A stretch of 64,000 bases of DNA from Antedon mediterranea. Its lineage: Eukaryota > Animalia > Echinodermata. The position numbers were made by a program, and so were the translations under genes. This document shows positions 1 to 13,114 of this stretch, in pieces (within the stretch, counting starts at the first letter, position 1; each line of letters starts with the position of its first letter). The DNA lies in the NCBI RefSeq assembly GCF_964355755.1, contig NC_092671.1, forward strand, positions 2,418,001 through 2,482,000. Reading direction: 5' to 3'. A model generated the notes under the pieces. It was not told the DNA's origin. It saw only the letters and a program-made list of their open reading frames with translations, and ran no database searches.

Positions 1-940
1 TTTGTTTATTTCATTGGAGACTTCTGTGATTTTCAAGGAATTATCACCTCAAAGATGAAAGCATGGGGTTGGAAAAAATCTAATATTTTGAAACTAAATG
101 GAAATTTAAAACCGTGCCTCCATATTGTCGTTCAGTCTTTGAGAAATCTGTGTTATGTAAATATTGAAGCGGATTTTGAGATGAAGCGATGGCTGGGGAT
201 AAAGTGTCTAAAGAGATCATTTAGAGGATTACATAACACGGCTACTAAATCTGGAGTTCGAATGACTATTCACATTGTCGGCATGATTTGTCAGCTAGTG
301 TCGTTAGTCGATGCTAAAAGAAATTCAAATTATTGAAACAACATTGCGTAATATATCGTGTTTACATAATTCGTAAATAATTGAATGTATAAGTGTGTCA
401 AATGACACTCGAAAACTTGCATGTGTATACGTCACAAAAATATTTAATACCCTTATATTTTATATATTTATTCATAATTGATGATAAACATTGAAACATC
501 TGAATATTTACGTTTCAATAAGTATGTGTATATTTCTTTAAAATTAACATTTTTAAGCTACAGGTAATACGAAAATACAGTTTTAACTTGAAAAGCTTTG
601 AGTTTGAGACTATCATTTTTAAAAACGTAGGCGCATATAAAAGAAGTTATTACATTAATTTAGGCTAACAGTTTTCCCTGTAGGCAATCTTTGAGAGGTA
701 TATGGGCAACTATAGTATTCGGTATTATGATGAACTCGCCACAACCTCGTTTTAACGCTTAAATCATGTCAAAAAATGATTGTTTATAAAATGTTAATAA
801 CACATTTACAAAAGAAAAACACAATTCAACACGTAGGCAAGAATAATCACATTACTGTACTTCAATTAAGTATCGAAGAACCTGGCAGACATCCAATCAA
901 AATCATGCGCGCCAAAACGACACGCAACAACGTGACGAAT

Positions 941-3900
941 TTATTTGCAGACGACATTACTCGGTTCAATCTTGTACAACGAAGTATTTGTTCTTTCCAC
1001 GCCATCTCCGATAATTCCTTCTTTTAGATCACTGGTTATCTTCAACCCTTCATCAGTATCAATACCTGTAAATTCACACCTTACAACGTACATGAGGACG
1101 TCATAAGGGGCGTGTGTAAATCGCTTATAGAGGGCGGCATTCTGTAAGTTTCCGGTAGCTTTTAGCTTTGTTACTCCCGTTACATCCATCCATTCGGATT
1201 CAAACTTTGCCGATTCTGCATCGGTTTTTGGTCCCTAAAAATGAAGATAATTAATTATTATGCAATATCTTTATGTTTTCATCTAAAGTGACGTCATGCA
1301 TAACAGATACCCTGAGGCCCCTACAGTACATTAACAACAAAAAAGAATGTTGTACCAAAAACGTCGAAACATTCTGAACTGCACTTTCTGTTACTATACT
1401 TTTGATATAATAATGTAAAAAGTCACTTACTTTGAAACTTGACAATAAAAACAAAGAATCAGGCTGTTTTGCCAAGGCGGGTGCGATGGAGGATCCGTCC
1501 ATTGTTGCAATTTCTGTATAACCACCTACAAAAAAAAAGAGAGGTAAATTGGAAAAAGAAAATGTATCGGATATTTATATGTGTTGAAAGGATGTTTCAA
1601 GTAAATGGTTCCAACTGTAGGCCTACTTCACACAAGGACTTAAGCGTAAAGTAAGTTGACCAATCACAGGCAATATAACTGTCGGTTGTCATTGGTCAAG
1701 TCAACCTGTTGCTTGCAGCTTGGCGTTGCGTCCACGTCGCGTTACGTCTATTTTGAGAACCTAGTCTGTAGATTCTAGACGGAGTTTTGACTTAATATTA
1801 GTACAAAAATAAATATTTTTGCGTTTCATACCTATACTACTTGAGCTCGTATTTTCATACAAAAATCGAAAAGAAAGACAATAACTACAGACTTGGGGCT
1901 GCAAGTCTAGATAACCTAGCTTAATGAATGACCGAGATTAAATCGAGAGGAAACACTTACCTGGATAATTTACCTGTAAGCCTGGAGGCCCATGACCTTC
2001 AACCAGAGCTTTGATCAATTCGGGAGAAGGTTCACCAAAGTCCTTTGTAATCCGTTCTTGTGTTCCCTCAAAGAAAGAATAATTCACGTACGGGAAACGA
2101 CCTAACATAGTATTAAAATGAATATATTATTTGTGGGTGATAAATCTGTGATTTGTTCCAATCACGGCGCATCTCAGCTCTCAACAAAAACCCCACCTAT
2201 ACCACAACCCCCTTTTCCTCCAGTAAAAACACTGATAGCGGTGCCTCCCCCCAATCGTATTTTTTCTTGGTTTTTTTTGCATTACAAAAATGTACCATCG
2301 CCAAACCATTTACCTACACTGTAATACAATTGATAATGACATGTACCTGTCGACGTGAGGATTACGCAGCCGGTAAAAAATGTAATTTTACCGTGACACA
2401 AACGATTTCAGTGTGAACATCAAATCGAATATAACGTCGCATTGGTGTCAGTCGATTTTTAACTTCAACGCGGTAAATTCGGAGCTCGCGAACTTTTTTA
2501 AGCTTTGCGCGACTCACTTCGATTTGACGTGACGGTTGCCGTCGCTTCGCGTTTAAAGTGTGTACCGGCCTTAAACAGTGCCAAGTGCAGTAGGCTACTT
2601 ATATTATATGTTAGTTCATGCATAAGAGAAGGAAATCTGGGTCATCTGTGTTGGAAATTGTAATCTGTTTATACAGGTTTTCATATAGATATAATGTATA
2701 CTGATTGTGATAACATCTTTTCAGTTTCGATTTAGACGTGCCAAGTCAATGTACTTTTCTAAGCATCCTTCGAGTATTCAAAGCTGACTATTGTGTAAAT
2801 TCTAGACGTAGAGTAGATTTGTCATTTTAAAAATAGGCTTAAATTTTGAAACGAAAAAGTTCACTAACATCAAGAAACGCTCGCAGTTAACATATTCAAA
2901 TCCCATTGCATTTAACTCCTTATTATCCAATCTGCCGTCAATCATAAACGTTTTAGAATAATATCATGATTTAATTATCTTATTAACACTTTTATCAATG
3001 TGAATCTTGCACCCTTTTCCTTCCTGTTATATTCTTTTCCAGGTGAGTATACTGACATTTTTATGAGATAAGATTTCTCCGGAAACTTTAAAGGGTTACC
3101 CAAAGTTTTCAGAATATAATGTGGTTAATACTGGTACTATCAAGCTTGGTTCCCATTGGTTGAAACGCAAGGGCATACGCGCAACGCGAGTAATTATACC
3201 AATCACAACAGATTTCAGATCGTGGTGATTGATCAAATTAATAGTGTGCCTTTGTGCGTTGCGTCCTTATGAAAACCTTATTTGTATGATTTTCAAAATC
3301 ACGTGGAGTGAGGGGGGGGGGGGGGGGGTGGGGGACGTTTAGCAATGGGGCTGGAAACGTAACCTAAACAGGAATAACAAAATTATCATGATTAGAATTA
3401 CGTATAGCTAATGCAAGTTGTCATAATAGCACATCTGTACTCCTAGAATCAATACTTAATTACAACGTGAAATAAATTATAATTCTTCAATGACATGGAT
3501 TAAGATAACGTGGCTAATGTTGAGTTCATTAATATGTCCTATTGTAGGCCCTATGTATGAATCACATCAAATTATATCGATCAGAATGTGTAATTCATTG
3601 TGTAAAATGTGTTTGTCCATCTACATGATTATGCTAATAATTTAAGCTAAGCCACAAATAATCGAATTTAAGTTGAATTCGGATAACGATTTACACATAT
3701 CTCACACAATAATTTGCGACAAATAGGTTAGAAAATGAAAATGTCACTTTTTATCCATTTCTAAGCAGTTTGACAAAAGTCTAGCACGGTAAAAAAACAT
3801 TAATTAGGCTCAATAGGCTCAGAAGGCCTAGGCCTCTAGGTACTGTACTCACACGATGGCGACAACCCGTCGGTCGGCCTTGCCAGTGTTTATTTTGTGT

Positions 3901-4115
3901 TTTCTTTTATAATTATCTACAGAATCGACATAAGAAAATAATGCTGTTTATTTACCTTGAGGATCTACATTTGTGTGCAGTTGAGCGCTAACGAAATGAT
4001 CAAGCGTTTTAACAAATTCGCCTAGATGCGACCAGCCTTTGAGGAACGATTCCATATTCGGTGGCGGTGTAATCTTCTCGTAAAAATTAAAAACTACGTT
4101 CACCTCTTTTGCCAT
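941..4115 (-). CDS. Uncharacterised 229-aa protein with two ABM-like (dimeric alpha+beta barrel) repeats, DUF7153-like; 4 exons
   Basis: Exons 4115-3956, 2101-1961, 1525-1431, 1234-941. All introns are GT-AG and phase-consistent (690 nt). Protein MAKEVNVVFNFYEK...ESFLKGWSHLGEFVKTLDHFVSAQLHTNVDPQGRFPYVNY...FESEWMDVTG...AALYKR...MYVVRCEF. The F-x-x-x-W...F-V-S-A-Q-L-H...D-P...R-F-x-Y-V-N pattern recalls ABM monooxygenase folds. Family call is from memory. Confidence 0.8.
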
Positions 4116-4879
4116 TATGTCTTTTTGTATTTACTCAAACCCAAATGACAATAGTACTAGTAGACCTGATGCGACAACAACACGACAACCTACAAATATT
4201 TTAGTCCAAGAAGTGACTGTAGCAGGCTACTTGTATCAATCTCAGCGGTGTCTCTACAAGAACGCATGCGCAAATCGTCTTTCTTAAAAATGAAACATTG
4301 GTCAACGAAGCAATTAATTTGTGTTGGATAACCGCCAAACGGGGATTGTTTAAGCCCAAGAATGTAAATCAATTGTGCACATACTTAATTGGATTAAGTT
4401 TGCACTATGCAAGTCTGTCTGTAACCTATTGAGTTCTATACAGTATCCATAATAATTATAATAATGTCATTATTTTTCCAATTTGGCATGAAATTAAGTT
4501 TCGTTTCTGTTAACTTAGTTTTATTCATCTGTGATCAGTAAAAGAATAAATGCTATGCCTCATGGCTGGCCGGGAAGGGAAGGGGACCGGCGGTCACCTA
4601 AAGTAGGGGGTTTATAGACGCGTGAGATTCACAATCGACACATTACGTCACACAAACTACCGTTACTAACACGTGACATCACGTCACAATACTAAAACTT
4701 TTCAGCAAATAAGGAAGTTCACAAAATGTTTTACGCGCCGCGCCTGTGTTCGATTTACGCGCATAATCGTAGAAACCTGCTTGGTTACTAAACAAACATA
4801 CGTTCAGTTTTATTTCCGATGAGATTCAGTAAACATTGAATAAGATATTCTCTACAAATCTTTCAAAAAATTTTAAATA

Positions 4880-7800
4880 ATGGCTTTATTTCGCCGAGCA
4901 AATAATTTTATTTCAGATTTAAACAGTAGCGCCACAGGTAGGTGGAGAAATTTTGACATGTTTTTTGCTTAAATAACTTTATTTATGCATTTAAAAATGT
5001 CAAAAAAATGTTTTGTGTGTAGCTCTAGCTAGCTAGGCCGGGCCTAGGCCATAGATAGGCTAGCCCCTAGCTAGGCCTGGCCTATAGCCCCTAGCTAGGC
5101 TAGGACTATCTAGCCTAATAATTAAATATTCCAGGCAGTCTGCCTAGCTACTGTTGTATTTATTTTATATTATACTGTAGGCCTAATGGCTCAAAATGAT
5201 AATAATTAACATTTAAAACAAGCCTAGGCCCTAGGCCTAGGTAGCCTATCTATACTATAGTTGTGCTAATAATTAAGTTTTGTTTATTTTGTTTTTTAAA
5301 TGCTGCTACTCTGGACTTGGCAGAGCCGAAAACTGAGGTACGTAAGACAAAAATTTGAGTGGTTTTTGATTGGTTGGTTGATTGATTGATGTGTGGTTGC
5401 TTGATGATTGGTTGGTTGATGGGTGGTTGGTTGATGATTGGTTGGTTGATGATTGGTTGGTTGATGGGTGGTTGGTTGGTTGGTTGATGGTTGGTTGGTT
5501 GATGGGTGGTTGGTTGATGCTTGGTTGGTTGATGGGTGGTTGTTTGGTTGGTTGGTTGGTGTTGATGGGTGTTTGGTTGATGGTTGGTTGGTTCGTTGAT
5601 GGGTGTTTGGTTGATGGTTGGTTGGTTGATAGTTAGTTGATTGATGGTTGGTTGGTTGATGGTTGGTTGGTTGATGGGTGGGTGGTTGGTTGATGGTTGG
5701 TTGATGGGTAATTTTGGTTGGTTGATGATTGTTTGGGTGATGGTTGGTTGGTTGATGATTGGTTGGTTGATGGGTGGTTGATAATTGGTTGATTGATGAT
5801 TGGTTGATGGTTGGTTGGTTGATGGTTGGTTGATGGTTGGTTGGTTGATGGTTGGTTGATAGGTGGTTGGTTGATGGGTAATTTTGGTTGGTTGATGGTT
5901 GGTTGGTTGATGGGTGTTTGGTTGATGGTTGGTTGGTTGATGATTCGTTGGTTGATGATTGGTTGGTTGATAGGTGGTTGGTTGATATAGGTGGTTGGTT
6001 GATGGGTAATTTTGGTTGGTTGATGGTTGGTTGGTTGATGAGTGGTTGATTGGTTGATGGTTGGTTGCTCGATGAATGATTGGTTGGTTTGTTTATTGGA
6101 TGATTGACGGGAATGGATGATTAACTAATTAACATTTTTACACTAATTGTTTGTACTAATCCTAACATCTGATAACCAACATCATTTGTTTTGTGTTTAC
6201 TAATTGCAACAGGATCTCTCTGATTACTATATGATCATTCTAAAACTAATTGGTGAGATTGAACGTAACTACCTTGATACAGTTGGTATTTATCGTGTGA
6301 ACGGACCATCCAAACGAGTCCGGAGGCTGTGCAGGGGACTTCTTAACAACTTTTCTGCCGTAAAAATGAGAAAGCATAGACCATCAACTATTGCAAGCTC
6401 CGTTAAGCGATTGTTAGGACAGGTGAATGCAAACTGAAATTGACACAGAAATATGAAGTGAAATTAGTTTAGACAATCTAATCTTTTAGAGCCTTGAAAC
6501 TAAATATGTAATTGACAAATTAGTTCATTCAATCTATAAAATTATTGGACATGCCAGCTATTTGGGTTCAAACTTTTAATTTTCTTTACATTCACGTGGC
6601 AGATTTTTCTGTAACAATTCTGGATAATAATAGCTTTGTTGAACTAACCAGTTACAGGTGTTATACATTTTAAAACTAATTCATTTATCTAGCTAATATT
6701 ATAGTACTAACCTAGCATCTAAAGTCACATTTTAAAGAGTTTGATGTGTTTTTGGGGATTTTTTTTCATGTCACTGAGTATAATTAAATAATGGAAAGTT
6801 GTGATTGTTGTTATTCAGGTACAGATTATACCAACTTATGTGGAAGCTCAACTTCACAACATCGTGAAGCTTCATTTGCATATTGATGGTCGTAACAACC
6901 CCCTCAATAATCAACTTTTGACAGCACTTAAAGATTCTATTCGTTGCATGCCATATGAAAATTTCAGTATCCTGAAAATTATCATTATGCATCTGAAAAG
7001 GTAAATAATAAATAAATTATGATCATATCTTATATTAATTCTATAAGCATGTTAACATTGTTCTAATCTCACAATCCATCATCATTATCATCATCATCAT
7101 TATCATCATTTTCATCAACAATTCAATATAATCAAGATGATATTGAATAAACTTTTTAGATAATTTTTTTTAAATAACTCATTCTTTTTTATTAGAATCA
7201 CATTACATCAAAAAGGGCGTGCCAAAGCTATGACCGCTAAAAGTCTTGGCATTGTCTTTGGTCCAAGCTTTGCAGAGAAATGGTAAGTAATCAGTTAAAC
7301 CAACTATAGGCATAAAATAATAATAATAATAATAGTGTAAGGGCTTTCTATCATGTACAGTGGATACCTACTCAGCAACAAAAATAATTATTTTTTTAAA
7401 CTTATTTAGTGATGATTTGACTGCTTTTGAAGCAAAGTCCTTGATACTTCGATGGAACGGAGTAGTCGAAATGCTCATTCAGAATTCTGATTTGGTAAGC
7501 CGACTTTATTTTGTAACTATCAGTGTAAAACAGTGCATATAATAGGTATCACCATAGTCAATATTGAATATGGTGACACTGCTGGTGCTGCTACTAGACA
7601 TTATCTATACTAGACATTCAGACAGACAGGCAGGATCTAGGATTTCAATGAAAATAAAAATGTATTTTATTGTTTCTTTTTTAGATTTTCGGTAAGACTT
7701 ACATGACAAGCGAATGCCAATTAAAAAGAGGTAAATATTATATTTATATATATATATATATATCTTTTGCTATGGATATAATATTATGTCACCATGATAT

Positions 7801-8851
7801 TCCGAAATAAAAAGATAAATGAAATGAATGAAATATATATATTTGATGAATTTTACGTATTTAAAAGTAAAATTTGATTAAAAACAATTAACCCTAATAA
7901 TGTTTAATGTTACAGAGGCAGCAGCAGTTCCAAAACGTAAACGAATGCATTTGTTAAAGGTACGTACGTTTAAGACATAATAGTGCTTTTATGTTTCAAG
8001 CGGTTTTATGCCCGGATGCTCTTTTACATCCCTGAAAAAAAAACTATGAACAATGGCTTTTCTATCGTTTCTTATTTTCTATATCTCAGGATGTTGGAAA
8101 ATCTAAACGCCAAGCAAGTCTTTACAAGAATTGCTTACTGAATCAAGCTCTGATAACAGAACAACAGAGAATGGAGGAAGAGGAAACTAACAGAAAACAG
8201 AAGGTAATTGTCGCGAGGACAAACAATTGCACCCAAAACAGGTGGTTAATACTGTCTACACTATCAAACTACTTTGAAAAAAAAAACCAAATATGGTAGT
8301 GATATGATGTTATCGTGTCTATATATGGACACATCCCATTTTTATGGTTACATAAGTTTGATAGTGTAGACACTGCGAGTCTGTATACCTAATTAAAATC
8401 CTGCTTTTTACTCTAATAGCGTCACAAATCGTGGTCATATTTTTATAGTAATTATATTATTGCTATTATTTATAATGGATTACTAACTTTACTCATTTAA
8501 TGTTACCTTTTCTTCCAATCTAAGTTTCTTTATGGTATTTTTCAACATCATAACTACGGGGCGCCATTCGGGGTCGATTTTGTCGATATATAATATAATA
8601 CAATTATGTGCCATATGACAAAATTAGTAATGTCCCGAACGGCGTCCCATACATAGCTACTAATCTTCATTTTTCATCTAAATTCAATCATCACATTATT
8701 ATATTAAATGATAATGGTTTTTTATTTTTAGGAGCATGGTTGTTTATGTGGATCAATACTGATTACAGTAATCAGACAAAGGTCAAACCACAGTGCTATC
8801 GTCGTACCCGCTGACGCCGCCACCGCTCCAGAACTTTCGGTGATAATGTAA
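4880..8851 (+). CDS. Small RhoGAP-domain protein (~319 aa), 10 exons
   Basis: Exons 4880-4937, 5324-5337, 6213-6422, 6819-7000, 7196-7282, 7410-7494, 7685-7730, 7916-7959, 8090-8203, 8732-8851 join in frame (960 nt). Motifs: EIERNYLDTVGIYRVNG (arginine finger), IASSVKRLL, LKIIIMHLKRI, MTAKSLGIVFGPSF. The first two exons and the last exon are less certain. Confidence 0.85.
5370..6090. repeat. (TGGT/TGGTTGA)n degenerate microsatellite in RhoGAP intron 2
   Basis: About 700 bp of ggttggttgat-type units; this explains spurious ORF 5382-5636. Confidence 0.95.
7762..7835 (+). mobile_element. Retroposon 3' tail fragment (second copy at ~51049-51115)
   Basis: ttttgctatggatataatattatgtcaccatgatattccgaaataaaaagat followed by (TGAA)n occurs at both sites. 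Confidence 0.6.
8251..8372. mobile_element. Harbinger-type MITE family A, degenerate copy in reverse orientation
   Basis: TIR remnants ctgtctacactatcaaact ... agtttgatagtgtagaca. Confidence 0.75.
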
Positions 8852-9294
8852 ATTCTTAAACCTGGCTTTCTTATAATGTGAAAAACATACAATTATGCAG
8901 GTAAAGAAACAACATATAAAACAATCTTTCAATCTGATAAATAAAACTTGTTTTGTTTGCTGAAGATGTCCTCTACCATCCGATTTGACAGATTTCTTCT
9001 TTTTTTTTTCAGAAAATGTTCAGTTTTGTAGCCTCCTGTGCAGTTATTTATTTTGGAAAGCCAGTCAAAATTAATGAATTTGCATCAGAGAGACACCAGG
9101 AATTATTGTGATATATGCAGTTGAAGAATACTTCAAGACAAAACAAAATTTTTAAAACAGATACAAAAAAAGCAAAAAAAAGAAGAAAAAATGCCACACA
9201 ATTGCTGACTCAGCACTTCATAGTCGACATGTGACTGTCAAATAAATTGAAAATAACATTATGTCTTAATCATGTGGGAAAAAAAGAATAAAGA

Positions 9295-10310
9295 AATATT
9301 ATTGAGAGGATATTAATACTCACTTAGAAAACGAAATAAACTTTTTTTGAAAGAAAAAAAAATGGATTTAAAGAACAATTGACCTCCACTATCAAAGTTC
9401 TTATCTACTAACTGTGCAATATTTCTCCATGGTCAAACTGATCAAAAGGATATCTGAGTGAATTAAAGTAAAGAAGAATTATTGAGAGGACATTAGCCTA
9501 TTACTCACTTGGAAAACGAAATAAACTTTCAAAAAGAAAAAAAATGGATTTCAAGAACAATTGACTTCAACTATCAAAGTGCTTATCTACTAACTATGCA
9601 ATGCTGTGAAGAATTATTGAATTGAGAGGACATTATTACTCACTTGGAAAACGAAATAAATGCATAAAAATGACAAAAAATGGATAGAAAAATATTTACT
9701 TCATCAACGCACTGCTGTGCCTTAAATATGTGTATTTATCTACTAACTGTGTAATAGTTTTTTGGAATACTGAATTATGTCAAACTGATCAAGTAGATAT
9801 CTGAGTGAATCACTGTAAAGAAGAATTATGGAATTGAGAGGACAATAATACTCACTTGGAAAACGAAATAAACTTTTAAAAAGAAAAAAGAATATGGAAC
9901 AATTCAATTGACTTTAACTATCAGCTTAAATATATCTATCTAACAGTAACTGTGCAATACTTGTTTGGAATACTGAATTATGTCAAATGGATCAACAGGA
10001 TATCTGAGTGAATCACAGTAAAGAAGTATTATTGAATTGAGCGAACAATAATACTTGAAATAACCGCATAAAAAGGACAAAAAATGGATAGAATAATTTC
10101 TATCAAAGTATTGCTGTGCCGCCTTATGTTATGTATCTGCTAACTCAGCAACAATACTGAATTATGTCAATAAACCTGATCAAAGATATCTAAGTAAATC
10201 AAAGTAAAGATGAATTATTGATGTGAACATTATACTTGGAAAACAAAAAATAAACTTTCAAAAAGGAAAAAAAAATGAATTTGAAGAACATATCAAAGTG
10301 TTGCTGAGCC
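9295..10310. repeat. Degenerate tandem repeat, about 6 copies of a 140-210-bp unit, downstream of the RhoGAP gene
   Basis: Recurrent attgagaggacatt...actcacttggaaaacgaaataaac and gatatctgagtgaat...gtaaagaagaatt blocks. Confidence 0.85.
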
Positions 10311-10577
10311 TACTCCTGTACAGCTACTTAATAAAAAATGTGATTTTAAATCATGTTTATATGAATTATATTTTTATACTGATGTTATAAATAAATAGAA
10401 TCAATGCCTAAACGAAGCATTTGTATATATTAATAATGTATGTATGTAATAAAGCAATAAATATATTTATACAATATAATAATTATATTTCTGTTGATGA
10501 GTAAAATTTGTGTTGGGTGTTTGTGATTCGCATTATTTTAGGTATAGCGCCATCATTTAGTCATCAATCAATTAAAG

Positions 10578-13036
10578 ATGGCAGCGTCCATGGACCTAGC
10601 AACGGCTGCTGCAACAGGCAATAAAAATGTACAAAATGCTGTTTTAACTTTCTTTTTTTATTGTAGGCATAACTAGACTTATAAAAGGGCATTTACTAAG
10701 ACGAATAATAATAAAAGTAAATAACTTAGGCTAGCTAGGCCTAGGTATATTTATTATACATAATACTGTATAGGCTAGCTAAGCTATTATAGGCCTAGCC
10801 TAGTTCTAGTGTAGTAGTAGCTAGTAGCCTAGGTAGGCCTACTTATACTACTAAGCCTAGGCCTAGCCTAGAGTGGTTGGGAAGGAATGAAGTTGTGTAG
10901 GCCCTACTGAAGGAATGGTCTGCAGAACAGGTTAATGCCTAGCTAGGGCCTAAGAAGGCTTTTAAATTTCTATATTATTCGGGGGTTTTTTTTGTGTAGC
11001 CTACCTAACAAATTTTAAAATAAAAAAGATTCATGGTTTTAGGTGAGACTTTTATTTAAAACCACCCAACCATAAAAAAAAAGAGAAAAAAATATTTCTT
11101 TGATTTGAATTTTAATTATTTATGCATTATATTAGGCTAACATTCATAATTTGTTTTTTCAGCTAGTTCAAAGTCTAATACAAAGAGGAGCAAACATCAA
11201 TGGTCGTTCTAAAGATGGTTTTTCACCTTTATGCAATGCTGCCTTTTGGGGCTACAGTGATATCGTTGAATTTCTATTGGAACAAGGGTAATACACAAAA
11301 GGATATTTAAGATGATACTCCCCTATCAAGCCCACAGGCAGGATGCTTACATTTAATGGGGTTTTTTTTGCCAATGACCCTTTCCCTTCCACCAAAAAAA
11401 AAAATCTGTTTGTGTCTAGGCCTACTATAAGCTTGGTATACAAAAATTAAAATGCAATTGAATATAGGCTAAACTGGCGACATCAGATGCAAATAGATTA
11501 TTCTGTATACATTATTGGAAAAGATTGTTTTACTAGACTGTACAATTATAGTGACATAGTGAGTGCAATTTGCATGGTTTGAAAAGGTCACAACTGTAAA
11601 TTCAATATCTGTTATTTTTATATACAGGGCCGATGTAAACCAATGCAATGGAGGTACAAGATGGACAGCATGTCACTGTGCTGCCTTTCAGGACCATGGA
11701 CGAGTCATTATGAAATTAATGAATTTTAAACCAAATCTTGCTTTAAAGGATAGCAAGGGAAGGTAGGATTACCGTATATCCTCGGGTATAATCCCACCCC
11801 CTACTTTATGTCTGACTTCACAAACACCTGGGGCATATCTCCAGTATTGTTTTTATGGTCTGGATATAGTCCCACCCTCTTCGTGTTCTAGGAGGTTGGT
11901 ATTATACCAAATGATATACAGTAATACATGTAGTTGAACCATTTGACTGCCCGAGTTAAGCCACTGACAAAACATACTATATACCCACTAATCACACAAG
12001 GCAATGGTAAGTAAAGACTATCTTGCCCTATTTGCACATTGTCTCAACTTAACGGCAGCTAAGCCACTTTTCCCATTTGACCAATACATAAGCATGATGG
12101 TGGTGGTCACCCATTGGCCACAATTCCAGATTGGCCGTAGTACTGGTTTTACTTTGACAGAAACTTTCATGACCGTTGAACACTCTGACAAATTATCTAT
12201 TTTGAACACCAAATAACTTTGTAAACTGATTTCTTCGTTTTCCTAAACTCAGAACAGCTGCAGACTTTGCTTCAGCTCTGGACTCAATATGGCCGTTCTT
12301 TGAAGCAGAGGGTTGCAGCCGAACACGGAAGCAACAACTCATTGAGATGGACATCATTAAAAAGGTTGACAATATAAAACTATTTGTTACTATTTCTATA
12401 TTTACTATATTTTCAGGATTTTTTTTTTAAATTTAAATTTCCATCTTTATGTTAATTCAGGTTAAAGATACTGACCCAACTATTTCCAAGTCTGATTACA
12501 CACATTTTTCACGACCTGGTTCCGCATATGTCATGAAAGGACAATCAAGAAGTGAACGTGGTGACATGAATATGGTAAGTTAATATTAAGTTATTTTTCT
12601 CCAGTAAAACATGCTGTTTACCTGTTAAGGAAGAGGTCATGGTTTTCCCAACCCTCACTCTGTTTATGTCCATGATCTCTTAAAAAGTTATGTTTTCCAT
12701 AGAACAATCCATTAGTTTTTAGTTTATTTAATACTTAACTCAACTTGAGAGGGCACATAGATTTTATTTATTTATTTATTTTATTCAGTTGTCAACCAAC
12801 AGCGATGAAACCGCCACTAACAGGTTGAATTTTGCTCAAATTAAGTAAAAAATGAATTCATTGTACAGACTTAAAATCCAAAGATTGCCTTAAAAAAAGT
12901 GTTGTCTTTCATTTCATTTTTGTTTTGTTTTTGACAGCAATATGCATCCAATACTGGAGACGTCCTTGGATCTCTCACAGAAGATCCTTCATCGTATCAT
13001 AAAAGTAGTCCATCATTCAACATCTGGAGAAGCTGA
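10578..13036 (+). CDS. Ankyrin-repeat protein (211 aa, about 3 ANK repeats), 6 exons
   Basis: Exons 10578-10628, 11163-11287, 11628-11762, 12253-12364, 12461-12574, 12938-13036 (636 nt, in frame). Protein includes LATAAATGNKNLVQSLIQRGANINGRSKDGFSPLCNAAFWGYSDIVEFLLEQGADVN...WTACHCAAFQDH...DSKGRTAADFA. Confidence 0.9.
11772..11922. mobile_element. Tc1/mariner-pogo type MITE (related copy at ~16410-16509)
   Basis: ta|ccgtatatcctcgggtataatcccacc ... ggtattataccaaatgatatacag|ta; the second copy ends gggattatacccaagtatatacgg|ta. Confidence 0.55.
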
Positions 13037-13114
13037 CAACTGATTCTCAAAGTATTTTAGAATTAAGTTTCTTGGCATGCTGTAGGTGCTATAATACATA
13101 CACAAGTCTGTTTG

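Noticed and set aside
55-336. 93-aa ORF at the window start
   Set aside because: No recognisable motif or supporting splice pattern
5382-5636. Trp/Gly/Val-rich ORF
   Set aside because: Translation of the TGGT microsatellite
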